Origin: Candidatus Saccharimonadota bacterium
Lineage (GTDB): Bacteria > Pseudomonadota > Gammaproteobacteria > Enterobacterales > Enterobacteriaceae
Direction: 5' to 3'
DNA length: 32,000 nucleotides
NCBI GenBank assembly: GCA_041942055.1
Contig: CP145874.1
Location: 330,001-362,000, forward strand
A program made the translations under genes and the position numbers. Below, piece after piece: positions 30,164 through 32,000 of this stretch; position 1 is the stretch's first letter, and each line of letters begins with the position of its first letter. Below the pieces are notes generated by a model. That model did not search any database. It saw only the letters and a program-made list of their open reading frames with translations, and was not told the origin of the DNA.

Positions 30164-30177
30164 TATTTTATTATATC

Positions 30178-30248
30178 AGGCGCGTTTCGGAATTGAACCG
30201 AACTATACGGATTTGCAATCCGCTGCATTACCACTCTGCCAACGCGCC
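30178..30248 (-). tRNA. cysT: tRNA-Cys (anticodon GCA); no encoded CCA
   Basis: The reverse complement reads GGCGCGTTGGCAGAGTGGTAATGCAGCGGATTGCAAATCCGTATAGTTCGGTTCAATTCCGAAACGCGCCT. The discriminator is U73. The cysT-leuZ order matches E. coli. GAT follows the discriminator. Confidence 0.93.
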
Positions 30249-30288
30249 ATCTAATATTATTAATAAATATCAGTTCATTTTTTATAAA

Positions 30289-30318
30289 ATTATACTTGCT
30301 AAACTATGATGCTGTATA
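30289..30318 (-). promoter_or_regulatory. Candidate sigma-70 promoter for the cysT-leuZ tRNA pair
   Basis: The minus strand reads TATACA (30318-13), an 18-nt spacer, then TATAAT (30294-89). An A-rich tract (TTTAAAAAAAA) lies just upstream. It sits about 40 nt upstream of the tRNA-Cys 5' end. Confidence 0.35.
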
Positions 30319-30543
30319 ATTTTTTTTAAATGACTACGATGTATTGTTTATTAACAATAGTTTTTCAAAACTAAGTTTTGCAGTTAATTAGTACTTTTGT
30401 GCAATAAAAATTCATGGAAAAACTCTTAAAACAATATCAAACTCCAACCTGATAAACTATTAAAATTAAAGTAAAGAAAAATCTATTTAAGATAATCAAA
30501 CTATATGTAAATGAATAAATATGAAGATACAATGATTTATAAT

Positions 30544-30578
30544 ATTATTCAATAATAAATACTTTATTATTGAATAAT
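30544..30578 (-). terminator. Perfect 15-16-bp A/T hairpin abutting the priA stop codon (possible terminator)
   Basis: TTATTCAATAATAAA (30545-59), loop TAC, TTTATTATTGAATAA (30563-77). There is only one G-C pair and no clean T-tract afterwards. Confidence 0.35.
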
Positions 30579-32000
30579 TAGTTTTCAATCGGATCTACAT
30601 CTACTGACCATTGAACTTTTCTAATTGTAGGTAAAGAAAAAATTTTTTTAAGATTAAAATTGATAATTTGTTGTAGTTTGTTACGTATAGGATGCTGAAG
30701 AAGCAATTGCCATCGATATTTTCCATCACACTTATTTTGTAACGCAGGAATTGGACCCATAATCATAAATTGTGTATCATTAATAGTATTAAACAGATAA
30801 CGTATTTGATTAAGAAAAATTTTTGCATGATTATTATCATTATCTTTGGCTCGAATTAGTACATGACTAGTATAAGGTGGTAATAACACTATTTTTCGTT
30901 CTTTTAATACTTCATCAGCAAAAGAATCATAACCTTGATAGAACAATTTTTGTAATAAAGGATGATTTGGATAATAGGTTTGTAATAATACTTCTCCAGA
31001 TTTTTTGCCACGACCCACACGGCCTGCAACTTGTGTATAAAGTTGTGCAAACTTTTCAGATGAACGAAAATCACCTGAAAATAAAGCTCCATCAACATTT
31101 AATAGAGCTACTAATGTAACATTAGGAAAATGATGTCCTTTAGCTAACATTTGTGTACCAATTAAAATTCTCGCCCCCCCTTGTAAAATATCTGAAAAAG
31201 AGTCTTCGATTTTTATTTTTTTACTATTTATTGTATCGCGATCAATACGCGATATTGGTATATTAGGAAAAACGGTTTTTAATGTATACTCTATTTGCTC
31301 AGTACCAATTCCTAATTTAATTAGATTAGGTATTCCGCATTGTTCACAAAATTCTGGAACTGGATTAGTTCTATTACAATAGTGACAACGTAATTGTTTA
31401 TATTCTTTATGGTATGTAAAATTATGATCACATAGTTTACATTTAGCAATCCATCCACAGTTTTTACAAACTATGGAAGTTGAAAAACCACGTCTATTTA
31501 AAAATAGTAAGACTTGATTTTGTTTTTGTAAATGTACCGTAATTTTTTGGGTTAAGATATTAGATAAACCTCCTAAAACTGGGTTTTGTTTTAAATCAAT
31601 CAGATGTTGTGTATACCAGTATCCTTTACCAGCTCTTTGCTTCAGTTCTAAAATTTTATATTTTCCTAATTTCACATTATATAAAGTTTCTAATGATGGG
31701 GTAGCTGAACCCATTACTATAGGAATATTCATTTTTTTTGCTAAAAATACTGCTAAATCTCTAGCTTGATATTTCCATCCTTTTTGTTGTTTATAAGAAC
31801 TATCATGTTCTTCATCAATTATAATTATTCCAAGACATAAAAAAGGGGTTAAAATAGCTGATCTTGTACCTATAATAATGGAAATTTGTCCGGTACGAAC
31901 TTTCATCCAAATATTCAAACGTTTAGTTTTGTTAATACCTGAATGTACTACTTCTATTGGTAGATTATTAAAACGTTTCTTAAAACGTCTAATGGTTTGA
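30578..32000 (-). CDS. priA: Primosomal replication-restart helicase PriA (N-terminus lies beyond the window edge)
   Basis: IIIDEEHDSSYKQQ.GW.Y.ARDLAV, the Cys-rich zinc region (C.NCGWIA.C..CDH..T.H.....L.CH.C......P..C..CG), GTQMLAKGHHFPNVTLVALL and DVDPIE all parallel E. coli PriA. The reading frame stays open upstream of the first Met (31918) to position 32000. Confidence 0.92.
   Translation of the reverse strand, partial: QTIRRFKKRFNNLPIEVVHSGINKTKRLNIWMKVRTGQISIIIGTRSAILTPFLCLGIIIIDEEHDSSYKQQKGWKYQARDLAVFLAKKMNIPIVMGSATPSLETLYNVKLGKYKILELKQRAGKGYWYTQHLIDLKQNPVLGGLSNILTQKITVHLQKQNQVLLFLNRRGFSTSIVCKNCGWIAKCKLCDHNFTYHKEYKQLRCHYCNRTNPVPEFCEQCGIPNLIKLGIGTEQIEYTLKTVFPNIPISRIDRDTINSKKIKIEDSFSDILQGGARILIGTQMLAKGHHFPNVTLVALLNVDGALFSGDFRSSEKFAQLYTQVAGRVGRGKKSGEVLLQTYYPNHPLLQKLFYQGYDSFADEVLKERKIVLLPPYTSHVLIRAKDNDNNHAKIFLNQIRYLFNTINDTQFMIMGPIPALQNKCDGKYRWQLLLQHPIRNKLQQIINFNLKKIFSLPTIRKVQWSVDVDPIEN

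Noticed and set aside
30366-30380. Small hairpins in the cysT-priA spacer: CAAAAC-TAA-GTTTTG at 30366-80 and ATTGTT-TATT-AACAAT at about 30343-58.
   Set aside because: The stems are 6 bp with no correctly oriented U-tract for the minus-strand transcripts in this region. They are indistinguishable from chance in AT-rich sequence.
1403-31119. Thirteen ORFs of 61-119 aa in the supplied track, each lying antisense to or overlapping a conserved gene: 1403..1720(-), 2896..3243(-), 9655..9840(-), 10845..11057(-), 13096..13290(-), 16784..17032(-), 18463..18702(-), 24367..24558(+), 25612..25971(-), 26368..26574(-), 27008..27211(-), 30877..31119(+), 30904..31098(-).
   Set aside because: Each is embedded opposite a strongly conserved housekeeping gene (nusA, infB, deaD, ung, smpB/ssrA, rluD, clpB, yegQ, htpX, tsaB, priA). 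They have low-complexity or Ser/Ile/Leu-rich compositions typical of antisense frames. None has a recognisable SD or any family resemblance. 13096..13290 even runs through the tmRNA 5' end.

Overview
The window is very AT-rich, densely packed and made up almost entirely of housekeeping genes. I count 28 protein genes, 4 tRNAs and the tmRNA. Every product aligns closely with Escherichia coli-type proteins, and the genes sit in short E. coli-like syntenic blocks:
- secG-leuU-metY-nusA-infB-rbfA-truB-rpsO-pnp-deaD
- ung / grpE-nadK-smpB-ssrA / aroF-tyrA-bamD-rluD-clpB
- rnhA-dnaQ
- ibpA, metG, yegQ, htpX, tsaB and hupA as singletons
- dsbA-polA'
- cysT-leuZ
- priA

Several features point to a reduced genome of an Enterobacterales-derived obligate insect endosymbiont. 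These are the base composition, tiny intergenic spacers, missing accessory genes (rimP, nlpI, yfiH, ibpB, pheA at its usual site), truncated proteins and long homopolymer tracts. It looks Blochmannia-, Buchnera- or Wigglesworthia-like, and the retained aroF-tyrA would fit a Blochmannia-like lineage. That assignment is inference only.

I found no candidate for a novel multi-gene system. There is no CRISPR array, mobile element, integrase, toxin-antitoxin pair or defence-island-like cluster. Every ORF of 60 aa or more that is not antisense to a conserved gene belongs to a well-known family.

The points worth a second look are signatures of genome reduction and regulation:
- polA is cut down to its 5'-nuclease domain, with decayed relics of the proofreading domain and an A18 tract at the junction.
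- TruB lacks its PUA domain and MetRS lacks its C-terminal domain.
- BamD has lost its lipobox cysteine.
- The four tRNA genes differ in how much of the 3' CCA they encode.
- sigma-32-type promoters are retained at grpE and ibpA.
- The internal clpB start is conserved.
- The rnhA-dnaQ divergent spacer is only 19 bp.
- There are many in-frame poly(A) tracts of 9 nt or more.
- A 552-bp spacer with no recognisable gene contains a perfect 12-bp palindrome.
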